Below are positions 19,618 through 31,236 of a stretch of DNA of 64,000 nt, one piece after another (the first letter of the stretch is position 1; each line of letters starts with the position of its first letter). The DNA comes from Arenicellales bacterium. GTDB taxonomy: Bacteria; Pseudomonadota; Gammaproteobacteria; Arenicellales; Poriferihabitantaceae. Location of the stretch: the NCBI GenBank assembly GCA_963457535.1, contig OY734803.1, forward strand, positions 89,122 to 153,121, given 5' to 3'. The translations under genes were made by a program, and so were the position numbers. Under the pieces are notes generated by a model, which had not been told where the DNA came from, did no database searches, and was given only the letters and a program-made list of their open reading frames with translations.

Positions 19618-20778
19618 ATGAAAAGTCCGCCAAAAACCGCCGCGTTTAACCCGCCGCCGCGGGTGCTGATGGGGCCCGGCCCGTCGGCGGTCAGCGAGGC
19701 GGTGCTGGCCGCACAGGCGCGCGCGACCATCGGGCATTTGGACCCGGATTTCACCGCGCTGATGGACGAGGTGAAACTCCTGCTGCGCTACGCGTTTCGC
19801 ACCGACAACGACCTGACCATGCCGGTGTCGGCGCCCGGCTCGGCCGGAATGGAATGCTGCTTCGTCAATTTGATTGAGCCGGGCGAAACCGTCATCGTCT
19901 GCCAAAACGGCGTGTTCGGCGGGCGCATGAAAGAAAATGTGGAGCGCGTCGGCGCGCGCTGCGTACTGGTGGAAGACGAATGGGGCGCGCCGGTGGATTT
20001 GGAAAAAGTGGAGCGCGCCTTTGCCGCGCATCCGGACGCGGTTGCGCTCGCGTTTGTGCATGCGGAAACTTCCACCGGCGCATGCTCGGACGCGAAAGCG
20101 CTGTGCGAAATCGCGCGCCGCCATGGCGCGCTCGCCATCGTGGACGCGGTCACCAGTTTGGGCGGCGTTCCGCTGGAAGTGGACGCGTGGGAAATTGACG
20201 CGGTTTATTCCGGCACGCAAAAATGCCTGTCAGCGCCGCCGGGACTTTCGCCGGTAAGTTTCGGCGCGCGCGCATTGGAGAAAATTTCCAAGCGGCGCGC
20301 ACGCGTGCAGAGTTGGTTTTTGGATGTGAATTTGGTCATGAACTACTGGAGCGGCGACGGCGGGCGCAGTTACCACCACACCGCGCCGGTCAATGCGATT
20401 TATGCGCTGCACGAGGCGCTGCGCATGCTGGCCGACGAGGGCCTGGAAAATTCCTGGGCGCGCCATTTGCGCCTGCACAAAAAGTTGCGCGACGGACTGC
20501 AGGCGCTCGGGCTGGAGTTTTTGGTCGCCGAGCCGCACCGCCTGCCGCAACTGAACGCGGTGCGCGTGCCGGACGGAGTGGACGAGGCGCGGGTGCGCGC
20601 GAAGTTGCTCGCCGATTACCACTTGGAAATCGGCGCGGGCCTCGGACCGCTCGCCGGAAAAATCTGGCGCATCGGTTTAATGGGGCATGCCTGCCGCGAA
20701 GAAAATGTCGCGCTGTGCCTGCGCGCGCTGGAAGACGCGCTGCGCGAGCAGGGCGCGCTGAAGCGCGCGGTAGCGTAA
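19618..20778 (+). CDS. Alanine/serine--glyoxylate aminotransferase (class V PLP)
   Basis: LMGPGPS, HAETSTG, VDAVTSLGG, SGTQKCLS.PPG, YHHTAP. Confidence 0.9.
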   Translation: MKSPPKTAAFNPPPRVLMGPGPSAVSEAVLAAQARATIGHLDPDFTALMDEVKLLLRYAFRTDNDLTMPVSAPGSAGMECCFVNLIEPGETVIVCQNGVFGGRMKENVERVGARCVLVEDEWGAPVDLEKVERAFAAHPDAVALAFVHAETSTGACSDAKALCEIARRHGALAIVDAVTSLGGVPLEVDAWEIDAVYSGTQKCLSAPPGLSPVSFGARALEKISKRRARVQSWFLDVNLVMNYWSGDGGRSYHHTAPVNAIYALHEALRMLADEGLENSWARHLRLHKKLRDGLQALGLEFLVAEPHRLPQLNAVRVPDGVDEARVRAKLLADYHLEIGAGLGPLAGKIWRIGLMGHACREENVALCLRALEDALREQGALKRAVA

Positions 20779-20800
20779 TCATTAAACGCGCATTCGCACG

Positions 20801-21769
20801 ATGAAACACACGCCGCAACAACCGCGCCCGCGACTGCAGCGCAGTTTGCTCGCGGTGCCGGGCGCGAATCCGGGCATGATGGAAAAGGCCGCGAAAAGCG
20901 AGGCCGACTATGTGTTCCTGGATTTGGAAGACGCGGTCGCGCCCGACGACAAAGCGCAGGCGCGCAAAAATGTCATCGCCGCGCTCGGCGACCTTGACTG
21001 GAAGGCGGGCGGAAAGTCGGTGTCGGTGCGCATCAACGGGCCGGACACGCACTACATGTACCGCGACCTGGTGGAAGTGATTGAGCAGGCCGGAGAACAT
21101 CTGGACGGAATTCTGGTGCCGAAAGTCTCGGCGCAGGAGGATGTGCACATGATTGAAACGCTGTGCGAGCAAATTGAGCGCGCGAAAAATCTCCGGCGGC
21201 GCATCGCGGTGGAAGCACTGATTGAAAGCGCGCTCGGCATGGTCAATGTGGAGGCGATCGCGCGCCACGCGATTGCGCCGGGCGGGCGGCTGGAGGCGCT
21301 GCATTTTGGCGTCGGCGATTTCGCCGCGAGTTGCCGCGCGCGCACCACTTCCATCGGCGGACTCAACCCCGATTACCCCGGCGACCCGTGGCACTCGGCG
21401 CTGACGCGCATGCTCACCGCATGCCGCGCCTACGGGTTGCGCGCGGTGGACGGGCCGTTCGGCGACATCAAAGACGCCGGCGGATTTTTGGAGTCGGCCG
21501 AACGCGCCGCGGCGCTCGGCATGGACGGCAAGTGGGTGATTCACCCGTCGCAAATTGAACTGGCGAACAAGGTGTTCACGCCGCCGCCGGAGGAAGTCGC
21601 GCGCGCCAAAGACATTTTGCGCGCGCTGGAAAGCGCGGCCGAGGCGGGGCAGGGCGCGGCGCAACTGGAAGGCAAAATGATTGACGCCGCCTCCAAGCGC
21701 ATGGCGGAAAATGTCGTGGCGATTGCGGATTTGATCGCGGCCGGAGAGTCGGTACAAGCGAAGAAATAA
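20801..21769 (+). CDS. mcl: Malyl-CoA lyase-like CoA ester lyase (CitE/HpcH family)
   Basis: [32 protein letters not shown] and [10 protein letters not shown] resemble the alphaproteobacterial Mcl pattern. Confidence 0.8.
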   Translation: MKHTPQQPRPRLQRSLLAVPGANPGMMEKAAKSEADYVFLDLEDAVAPDDKAQARKNVIAALGDLDWKAGGKSVSVRINGPDTHYMYRDLVEVIEQAGEHLDGILVPKVSAQEDVHMIETLCEQIERAKNLRRRIAVEALIESALGMVNVEAIARHAIAPGGRLEALHFGVGDFAASCRARTTSIGGLNPDYPGDPWHSALTRMLTACRAYGLRAVDGPFGDIKDAGGFLESAERAAALGMDGKWVIHPSQIELANKVFTPPPEEVARAKDILRALESAAEAGQGAAQLEGKMIDAASKRMAENVVAIADLIAAGESVQAKK

Positions 21770-21861
21770 GCGCGCCCGCGGCCGCTTGCGCCGCCGCGCC
21801 CAACCGCCTATTATTGTGCATTAAAGTAATTTCTCCGAAAAAATTAACCTTAGAAATCAAT

Positions 21862-23796
<1,935 letters not shown>

Positions 23797-23800
23797 GCGT

Positions 23801-26074
23801 TCAGCGTTTGCGCCCGCCGAACTGCACGCGCAGCATGAACCACAGCAGCAGCGCCGCGCCGAGTCCGAAAACGATGTCGGCCGGCACGCGCACCCACACC
23901 AAGGTTTCCATCAGCGGCGAATGCAAAAACTCGGCGTTGCGCGCGAACCAGTAGCCCTTGGCGAACGAGGTGTAGGCCTGCATCAGCCCCTGCGGCAGCA
24001 GTGACAAAAACACCATCCCGGCCAGCCCGAGGTTGAGCGTCCAAAACACCCAGCGCAATACGCCGTCCGACCACGCCGCGGTTTTGCCGGCGAGTCCGCG
24101 CAGGCAGAACAGCAGCAGCCCCAGCCCGAGCAGTCCGTAAACGCCGAACAAAGCGGCGTGGCCGTGCGCGGCGGTGGTCTGCAGGCCCTGCATGTAATAC
24201 AGCGCGAGCGGCGGGTTGATCAAAAATCCGAGCACGCCGGCGCCGACCAGGTTCCACAGCGCGACCGCGAAGAAAAACATCACCGGCAGGTGGTAGCCGC
24301 GCATCCACGGCGCGTCGCGCTCTACCCGCCAATGGTCGTGCGCTTCAAACGCGATCAGCGCGAGGGGAACCACTTCCAGCGCGGAGAACACCGCGCCGAG
24401 CGCGACCACGCCCTGCGGCGTGCCGCTGAAATAGAGGTGGTGAAAGGTGCCGAGTACGCCGCCGCCGAGGAACACCATCGCGCTGAACATCACATAGATC
24501 GCCGCGGTGCGCGCGCGCAGCAGGCGCATGTGGGTGAACACCCAGGCGATCCACGCGGTGGCGAACACTTCAAAAATTCCCTCAACCCACAGGTGAATGA
24601 CCCACCACCGCCAGTATTCGGCGATGCTGAGGTGCGTGGTGCGGCCCCACAACAGGCCGGCGCCGTAGAGCAGGCCGATGGCGACGGTGGAGGCGAACAG
24701 CAGAATCAGCAGGTGCTTGTCGCTGCGGTCGGAGCGAATCGCCGGCACGATGCAGCGCGCCATCAGCGCGAGCCAAAACAGCAGCCCGGCGAACAGCAAG
24801 ATTTGCCACAGCCGGCCGAGGTCCAGGAATTCGTAGCCCTGGTGGCCGATCCAGAAATTCACCACCGGGTCTTTGATCAGGCCGGCGATTGCGGCCCATT
24901 CGCCGGCCATGGAGCCGACGGTGACCAGCAGCAGCGCGACCCACAGCGCGTTCACGCCGAGGCGCTGCCATTTCGGCTCGCGCCCGCCGATCAGCGGCGC
25001 GGCGAACAAACCGGCGGCAAGCCAGGCGACGGCGATCCAGGTGATCGCGAGTTGCGTGTGCCAGGTGCGCGTCAGCGAATACGGAAAATATTCGGACAGC
25101 GGAAAGCCGTAGAAGTCGTGCCCCTCCACCGCGTAATGCGCGGTCACCGCGCCGAGCAGCACCTGCAGCGCGAACAGCAACACCACCGTCCAAAAGAATT
25201 TTCCGGTGGCGCGCATGGACGGCGTCGGCTGCATTTGCTCCAGCGGGTTGTCCGGCGGAACGCCGCCGCGCGGCTGCATTTCCAGCGTCCACACCTCGCG
25301 CTCGCGGCAGAAAAACCAGGTGAGAAAACCGATGCCGGCGATGAGCAGGACCACGCTGATGAAACTCCAGATGAACGCGGTCGCGCTCGGCGCGTTGCCG
25401 ACCAGCGGCTCGTGCGGCCAGTTGTGCGTGTAGGTGACATCCCCGGTCGGGCGCAATGTGCCGGCCGCCCAGGCAGTCCACCAAAAGAACGCGCCGAGCG
25501 AGCGCAGTTCCCGCGGCGTCGCCTCGCCGCCGAGCGGCGCTTCGGCGATCGCGTATTGCTCGCGCAATTCGGTGAGCGCGGCGTTTCCGCCGAACAGCGA
25601 TTCGTAATGCGATTCAACCGCGCGCATCGCCTCGGCGCGCTCGGCCGACACCGTGATCCGCCCGCTGCCCGGGTCATAGGTGTTGCGCTTGATTTCTTCG
25701 GTGATTTGCGCGCGCAACCCGGCCTGCTCGGGCAACGACAATGCGCCGTAGTCGCCGCCGGCGCGCAGATCCAGCATCGCGCGCGCTTCGCGGTGCAGTT
25801 GGTCGGCGGTCCAGTCCGGCGCGAGGTATGCGCCGTGCCCCCAAACCGAGCCGAGTTGCATGCCGCCCAGCCGCCGCCAGGTGTCCATGCCGAGTTGGAT
25901 TTCCTCGCGCCCGAACAAGCGCGCGCCGTCCGCATCCACCACCGCCTCCGGCAACGGCGGCGCCTGCTCGGCGATCCGCCCGCCGAAATAGAGCAGGACC
26001 GAAAACATCACCGCCAGCAAAACGCCGAACATCGTCCACAGGCGTTTCATCGTAAACACCGTCCGGTAATCCAT
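23801..26074 (-). CDS. norB: Quinol-dependent nitric oxide reductase (qNOR)
   Basis: GSVWGHGAYLAPDWTADQLHRE, RTWHTQL, WWVIHLWVEGIFE, GTFHHLYF, AHGHAAL; GAGG RBS before ATG 26074. Confidence 0.95.
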   Translation of the reverse strand: MDYRTVFTMKRLWTMFGVLLAVMFSVLLYFGGRIAEQAPPLPEAVVDADGARLFGREEIQLGMDTWRRLGGMQLGSVWGHGAYLAPDWTADQLHREARAMLDLRAGGDYGALSLPEQAGLRAQITEEIKRNTYDPGSGRITVSAERAEAMRAVESHYESLFGGNAALTELREQYAIAEAPLGGEATPRELRSLGAFFWWTAWAAGTLRPTGDVTYTHNWPHEPLVGNAPSATAFIWSFISVVLLIAGIGFLTWFFCREREVWTLEMQPRGGVPPDNPLEQMQPTPSMRATGKFFWTVVLLFALQVLLGAVTAHYAVEGHDFYGFPLSEYFPYSLTRTWHTQLAITWIAVAWLAAGLFAAPLIGGREPKWQRLGVNALWVALLLVTVGSMAGEWAAIAGLIKDPVVNFWIGHQGYEFLDLGRLWQILLFAGLLFWLALMARCIVPAIRSDRSDKHLLILLFASTVAIGLLYGAGLLWGRTTHLSIAEYWRWWVIHLWVEGIFEVFATAWIAWVFTHMRLLRARTAAIYVMFSAMVFLGGGVLGTFHHLYFSGTPQGVVALGAVFSALEVVPLALIAFEAHDHWRVERDAPWMRGYHLPVMFFFAVALWNLVGAGVLGFLINPPLALYYMQGLQTTAAHGHAALFGVYGLLGLGLLLFCLRGLAGKTAAWSDGVLRWVFWTLNLGLAGMVFLSLLPQGLMQAYTSFAKGYWFARNAEFLHSPLMETLVWVRVPADIVFGLGAALLLWFMLRVQFGGRKR

Positions 26075-26136
26075 GGTGCGCCTCGCGCATGAGTAAAGAT
26101 TGCCGTCAAAATACGCGCGAAACCCGCCGAAGCGGC

Positions 26137-26150
26137 TTGACATATATCAA
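26137..26150 (-). promoter_or_regulatory. FNR/DNR/NnrR-type box upstream of qNOR
   Basis: TTGACATATATCAA matches TTGAT-N4-ATCAA with one mismatch. A TATTTT -10-like hexamer at 26113-26108 fits class II (-41.5) geometry. Confidence 0.75.
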
Positions 26151-26258
26151 TTTTTTCCCGCTTTTTGGCGGCTTCGGCGCCGCGGAAAAGATCGCAAAAA
26201 TTTCCGCCAATCCCTTGACATTTCCCGGTGGGGGCACCACAATTTGTCTGCGCCTGAG

Positions 26259-26780
26259 TCATTTCGGCCGAATCGGGGATGGCCCCGCCGGGGAGCTCGC
26301 CGACCCCGCAGGCGCGCCTTTCTTTTTTGACAGGGATGTTGCGTCGCGCAAGCGCCCCTTGATCCCGCCGCGGTGGAAGGTTTCCAAGAATAATTCCCGC
26401 CCGTCGCGCGTCTTTTTCCATACTGCCGTCCACCACTTGCCGTCGTCGTCGCGGGCAAAACCAGTGAAATGGCGCGCGCCGTCGGCGTAGATGTGCCGGC
26501 CGTCCAATATCCTCTGCACCAGCGCAAAATGGCCCGGCGAAATTTCCGGCCGGTCATGCCGCAATTTGCCGATCGTGTAGCCGGACAGCAGCAGTATCCG
26601 GCATTTGGTGCGCATCGCGCGGCGCAGATGCGCCGGCAGAATCCCCACCGCTTCGCGCAGCATAGCGGTTCCCGTCGGCAGCGCCGACCGCCGCATCTCG
26701 CGCGGCAGCGGGGCGATGCCGCGGTAACGCCGCGCAAACTCCGGCCCGCTCAACCACTTCGCGATCCCTGCGTGCGACAA
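26259..26780 (-). CDS. Hypothetical protein resembling the PBECR (Barnase-EndoU-ColicinE5/D-RelE-like) nuclease domain of phage MuF proteins
   Basis: Pattern VGILP...LLLS..T..K...RPEI....F...IL.G...DGKWWTAVWKKTRDGRELFLETFHR recalled from MuF C-terminal domains; start uncertain. Confidence 0.55.
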   Translation of the reverse strand: MSHAGIAKWLSGPEFARRYRGIAPLPREMRRSALPTGTAMLREAVGILPAHLRRAMRTKCRILLLSGYTIGKLRHDRPEISPGHFALVQRILDGRHIYADGARHFTGFARDDDGKWWTAVWKKTRDGRELFLETFHRGGIKGRLRDATSLSKKKGAPAGSASSPAGPSPIRPK

Positions 26781-26825
26781 CTCCGCTTCACGCCGTCGCG
26801 GCGTTCCTCATTGCATGCGGCATGT

Positions 26826-27968
26826 TCACGCCTTCTCCAACCCCCGCGCCAAATCTTCCTCAATGTCGGCCGGGTCCTCAATCCCGACCGACAGCCGCAC
26901 CAATCCGTCGGTCAGGCCGCGCGCGTTGCGTTCGGCCGGCGGCACATCCACATGCGTCATGGTCGCCGGGTGCGTGATCATGGTTTCCACCGAGCCGAGA
27001 CTCTCGGCGAGTTGGCACAGTTGCAGCGCGTTCATCAGCGCCTTGCCGGCCGGAATGCCGCCTTTCAATTCAAACGACAGCATGCCGCCGAAGCCGCTCA
27101 TCTCACGCGCAGCCACGGCGTGCTGCGGGTGCGACTTCAGCCCCGGATAACTCACGCGCGCGATTTTCGGATGCGCCTCCAGAAATTCCGCGATGCGCAT
27201 TCCGGTGTCGGAGTGGCGGCGCATGCGCAGGTGCAGCGTCTTGATGCCGAGCAGCGTCAGCCACGCGTCAAACGGACTGTTGACCGCGCCCACGGTTTTT
27301 TGCAGGAACTTCAGCCGCTGAAACATGTCTTCGTCGTTCAGCGCGACCGCGCCGCCGATAATCTGGTTGTGGCCGCTCAGGTATTTCGTGGTGGAATGCA
27401 TGACGATGTCCGCGCCGAGTTCCAGCGGCCGCAAAAAAACCGGCGTGGCAAAAGTGGAATCCACCCCGACTGGAATGCCAGCGTCGCGCGCGATCTTGCA
27501 GACCGCGCCGATGTCGGTGACTTTCAACAGCGGATTTGACGGCGTCTCCAGCCAAATCAACTTGGTCTCGTCGCGAATCGCATCGGCGACATTGCCCGGC
27601 GCGGTCGTATCCACATAAGTGAATTGCAGCCCGAAAGAGGCCAGCACCTGGTTGAAGTGCCGCGAGACGCCGCCATAGACATCGTCCGAGCAAACGACAT
27701 GGTCGCCGGCTTTCAGCAACTTCATCACCGCATCCACGGCCGACATTCCGCTGGCGAAACAAACCCCGTATTTGCCGCTTTCCAGCGCGGCGAGGTTGTT
27801 CTCCAAAATCTGCCGCGTCGGATTGGACGACCTCGTGTAATCAAACCCGAGGTCGCGCCCGACTTCCGGCAGGACATAGGTCGCGGTCTGGTAGATCGGC
27901 GGGATGATGGAGCCGGTCAGCGGATCCGGCTGCTGCCCGGCGTGGACGCATTTGGTGGCGAATTTCAT
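26826..27968 (-). CDS. Cystathionine gamma-synthase/gamma-lyase family PLP enzyme
   Basis: YTRSSNPT, FASGMSA, ETPSNP, HSTTKYLSGH, LAESLGSVE. Confidence 0.92.
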   Translation of the reverse strand: MKFATKCVHAGQQPDPLTGSIIPPIYQTATYVLPEVGRDLGFDYTRSSNPTRQILENNLAALESGKYGVCFASGMSAVDAVMKLLKAGDHVVCSDDVYGGVSRHFNQVLASFGLQFTYVDTTAPGNVADAIRDETKLIWLETPSNPLLKVTDIGAVCKIARDAGIPVGVDSTFATPVFLRPLELGADIVMHSTTKYLSGHNQIIGGAVALNDEDMFQRLKFLQKTVGAVNSPFDAWLTLLGIKTLHLRMRRHSDTGMRIAEFLEAHPKIARVSYPGLKSHPQHAVAAREMSGFGGMLSFELKGGIPAGKALMNALQLCQLAESLGSVETMITHPATMTHVDVPPAERNARGLTDGLVRLSVGIEDPADIEEDLARGLEKA

Positions 27969-28128
27969 GGCAGGGGAAGACGGGAGAAATGGGCGCAAAT
28001 CATAGCAATTTCGCCGCCGGCGCGGGCGTAGCGCCGGATGTGGATAAGGGTATAATCGCCGGGCTCGCGGGGTAGTGGTGAGCCGTTTTCGAGGATAACC
28101 AACGAGTTGAACAGAGGTTTTTTCTACA

Positions 28129-29091
28129 ATGAAGAGCAAACCAAAAGTCGTTTCTCTTTTCACCGGGTGCGGTGGGTCAGATAGCGGGCTGACGGCGCTC
28201 GGATTTGAGGTGGTGTTCGCGAATGACATCATGCCTTATGCGCGCGATCTCTATTTGGCCAATTTGTCTGAAACTGACTACCGACTTGACTATCGGCTTG
28301 ATGATGTTCGCAACATCAAATCATTCCCTGCCGCGGAATTGTTGGTGGGGTGCTATCCGTGCCAAGGTTTCAGCCAGGCGGGCGCCAGGGTGGCAAACCG
28401 CAACATCAATTACCTGTACCAAGAATTCGACAGGGCATTGCGGGCGATACGCCCCAAAGCATTCATTGTCGAAAATGTGGCGGGCATGTGTCGCTCGGAT
28501 TCCGCGCGGCTTTTGAACAATCAACTTGTTCGATTTCGTTCAGCCGGATATTTTGTCAATCACCAGTTGCTGAACGCCGCCGACTTCGGGGTCGCTCAGG
28601 ACCGCCGCCGCATTTTCATTGTCGGAATTCGTTCTGATTTTGGCATTCGCTATGAGTTCCCCGAACCAACTCATGGCGCCGGTCGAAAAAAACCGGTAAA
28701 AACGATCGCAGATGCGCTTGCCGGAATGCCGGAATGGCCTGAAGGCGAGTTTGTCGATGCCAAGTTTCACTGGTATTACATGTCGCGCAATCGGCGGCGT
28801 GGCTGGGACGAACCCAGCAGGACCATCGTCAGCAAGGCGCAACATGTGCCGATACATCCGATGAGCCCCGAGCTGCTTTATGTGCGGCCGGATGTTTGGA
28901 AGTGGTCTTCGGACGCCCCCAAGCGCCGTTTTTCTTACCGCGAAGCCGCTCGGTTGCAGGGCTTCAAAAAAAACTTGCGCTTTCCCAACACCAAATATGG
29001 GATAATGCGAAACCGATACAAAGTCATCGGTAATGCCGTGCCGCCGCCGTTGTTTAAGGCGGTTGCAGGGGCGTTGCCGGATGTGTGGTAG
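28129..29091 (+). CDS. DNA (cytosine-5)-methyltransferase
   Basis: Motif I FTGCGG, IV YPCQGFS, VI ENV, VIII QDRRRIF, IX REAARLQGF, X GNAVPP. Confidence 0.95.
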   Translation: MKSKPKVVSLFTGCGGSDSGLTALGFEVVFANDIMPYARDLYLANLSETDYRLDYRLDDVRNIKSFPAAELLVGCYPCQGFSQAGARVANRNINYLYQEFDRALRAIRPKAFIVENVAGMCRSDSARLLNNQLVRFRSAGYFVNHQLLNAADFGVAQDRRRIFIVGIRSDFGIRYEFPEPTHGAGRKKPVKTIADALAGMPEWPEGEFVDAKFHWYYMSRNRRRGWDEPSRTIVSKAQHVPIHPMSPELLYVRPDVWKWSSDAPKRRFSYREAARLQGFKKNLRFPNTKYGIMRNRYKVIGNAVPPPLFKAVAGALPDVW

Positions 29092-29123
29092 AATCCCTAT
29101 CAACAGGCACAGAACCAAAAATC

Positions 29124-30269
29124 ATGTCTAAAAACCCGCAAAAACCTTTGCCTCAAGAGCCCGTGCCTCTTGCCGACTTGTTGCTTGATTCAAACAACCC
29201 GCGATTTGGTCAGCGGGACGGAAGCAACAGCGAACAAGAACAAATACTCAAACAGATCGTTTCCGCTTTCGAAGTGGACGATATTTTGAGTTCATTGGCA
29301 GTGAACGGCTACTTTCAGTCAGAGCCGTTAATATGCCAAAAAGGCCCCGGCGGCAAATATATTGTCAAAGAGGGCAATCGTCGGCTGGCCGCTTGCCTGA
29401 TCCTCGATGGTGACAAAAGGGCGGCGGGGCATGAAAAACGTGCCGCACGATTCAAGAAAATTTGGGAAGAGCATGGGGAGAAACCCATCCGTGAAATTCC
29501 GGCAATTATTTTTCCTTCAGACAAGAACAAGGAGGTTTTGTCGTACCTGGGCGTTCGACACATATCCTCGACCATGCCTTGGGATTCATATGCAAAAGCA
29601 ACTTGGATTGCACGGGTCGTGAAAGAAAACAATCTCAAAGTTTCAGAAATCGCACGGATGGTCGGCGACCAGCACAAGACAATCAGTCGAATGTTGGAAG
29701 GATATTACTTTGTCCAACAAATGATCAAAGAAGGCAAGTTTGACCTAGAGGACAGCGCCCGTAGGGGGCGTGGGAGCATGCCGAACTTCCCATTTTCCTG
29801 GGTTTACGCAACCATCCAGCGCAAAGCGGTTCGTAAGTATTTGGGGATGGATGCGGAAGAGCCGGTTGAAGACCCGATACCAAGAGATCGACTGGACAAT
29901 GGCGGGTTCTTCTTGAAATCTCTGTTTGGCAATAAGAGCCAAGGCCGAAACTCGTCTATTAGTGACTCAAGGCAATTGGGAGACTTGGCCGAAGTGTTTG
30001 GCGACCCGGAGAAAGTCGCACTGCTGAAAGACGGGAAAAGCGTCCAGGAGATCAAAGAACTCATGCAGCCAATCAAAGAACAATTGTCCGAAGGCCTTGT
30101 GCGCGTTAAGGAGATACAGACCATCTTGTTGTCAAGGTTGGTGCAGCGCGGCATTCCGCAAAGCGACGCTGAAATCCTGGAAAGTCCGGCAAAAGAGAAT
30201 CGAAATCTGGCGGAGCACCTTCACAAAAATATAAAAGAACGTGCCGTTGGGCGCGAGGAGGAGCACTGA
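29124..30269 (+). CDS. ParB/Srx-like N-terminal domain protein with HTH
   Basis: LLLDSNNPRF, SLAVNGY..EPL and VKEGNRRLAA (ParB GxxR patch); HTH-like VSEIARMVGDQHKTISRML. Confidence 0.75.
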   Translation: MSKNPQKPLPQEPVPLADLLLDSNNPRFGQRDGSNSEQEQILKQIVSAFEVDDILSSLAVNGYFQSEPLICQKGPGGKYIVKEGNRRLAACLILDGDKRAAGHEKRAARFKKIWEEHGEKPIREIPAIIFPSDKNKEVLSYLGVRHISSTMPWDSYAKATWIARVVKENNLKVSEIARMVGDQHKTISRMLEGYYFVQQMIKEGKFDLEDSARRGRGSMPNFPFSWVYATIQRKAVRKYLGMDAEEPVEDPIPRDRLDNGGFFLKSLFGNKSQGRNSSISDSRQLGDLAEVFGDPEKVALLKDGKSVQEIKELMQPIKEQLSEGLVRVKEIQTILLSRLVQRGIPQSDAEILESPAKENRNLAEHLHKNIKERAVGREEEH

Positions 30270-31195
30270 TGCCGACAACTTATCACCGTGCGCAAGGCCT
30301 CACTCGCGATGCGGATCAAGCAGAGCTCGAATCTATTATCAACGACTTTACGGCCGTTGATGCCGGTGCGCGCGATGAGAAAATATCAGGAGCGACGCAT
30401 GACCATGAAAGCACTGATGAAATGGATTCTGCACAAATGCAAAAAGATGACTTGCGGGACGATGACTTTATCGGTGGGATACATGAAGAACTCGCGCGTC
30501 GAGTCGACTACCTGGGCTCTGCGTATCCGTTCAGTCTGGAAAAAAACACTCTTACGTATAAAAAGCGAGAGAACAGTCTTTACGAGTTTTTGCTGCTGAT
30601 ATCGGTTTCAGTTAATATCACAGAACGAAACCAAGACGCGGTGCGGCTCTTTGAGCGAGTATCTAGCAAAGTGGTTGCTGCGTATTTTGGCGCGTATGCA
30701 AAGGGCTTTCACACCGGATCTCCGAGGGATAGTGGCACTACATTTAAAGAAAAAATGCAAGAAATCCAAGAAAAAACGGAGGAATTTGTTTGGGGCCCTG
30801 AGTTTGGCATGCAGTCACGTATGCCCAATGATGATGGCTTGGACTTTGTCGTCTGCATGGAAAGTGCTGACAAAAGGAAAATAGGCCAAATGTTTGTTCT
30901 TGGCCAATGTGCATGCGGAGATGATTGGAAGACAAAATACCACGATTTGGACATCGAAAAAATCAAAAAGTGGTTTCACCCGATGACAACGATTCCGCCG
31001 GTCAGGGCGTTTTCCGCCCCACATCATGTCGTAGATGGGTTGTTAAGAGAAGCAAGCCGGTCCGCCGGGTTGTTTTTTGATCGCGCGCGCCTCACGCGGA
31101 CTGTGGCGAATGCTTGCAAAACTGTATTGGATCGGGATATATGGGAGAGTGTCACTACCCAAACAGATGAGTTGCTTGCAGATCACATGCAGTGA
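30269..31195 (+). CDS. Hypothetical protein, probable PD-(D/E)xK restriction-endonuclease fold
   Basis: FERVS...DDGLDFVV...LGQCACGDDWKTK pattern; TGATG translational coupling to the ParB-like gene. Confidence 0.6.
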   Translation: MPTTYHRAQGLTRDADQAELESIINDFTAVDAGARDEKISGATHDHESTDEMDSAQMQKDDLRDDDFIGGIHEELARRVDYLGSAYPFSLEKNTLTYKKRENSLYEFLLLISVSVNITERNQDAVRLFERVSSKVVAAYFGAYAKGFHTGSPRDSGTTFKEKMQEIQEKTEEFVWGPEFGMQSRMPNDDGLDFVVCMESADKRKIGQMFVLGQCACGDDWKTKYHDLDIEKIKKWFHPMTTIPPVRAFSAPHHVVDGLLREASRSAGLFFDRARLTRTVANACKTVLDRDIWESVTTQTDELLADHMQ

Positions 31196-31236
31196 GTACT
31201 TTTCATTTTCTGGTCTCTTTATTTTCCGAGAGATCT

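Noticed and set aside
23801-26074. Possible NO dismutase or other variant heme-copper oxidase
   Set aside because: The catalytic and ligand motifs (HLWVEG..E, GTFHH, HGH, RTWH) look canonical for qNOR.
28276-28299. Imperfect 12-bp duplication (DYRL-DYRL) in the methyltransferase
   Set aside because: In-frame, lies in a variable region, and catalytic motifs are intact; probably neutral.
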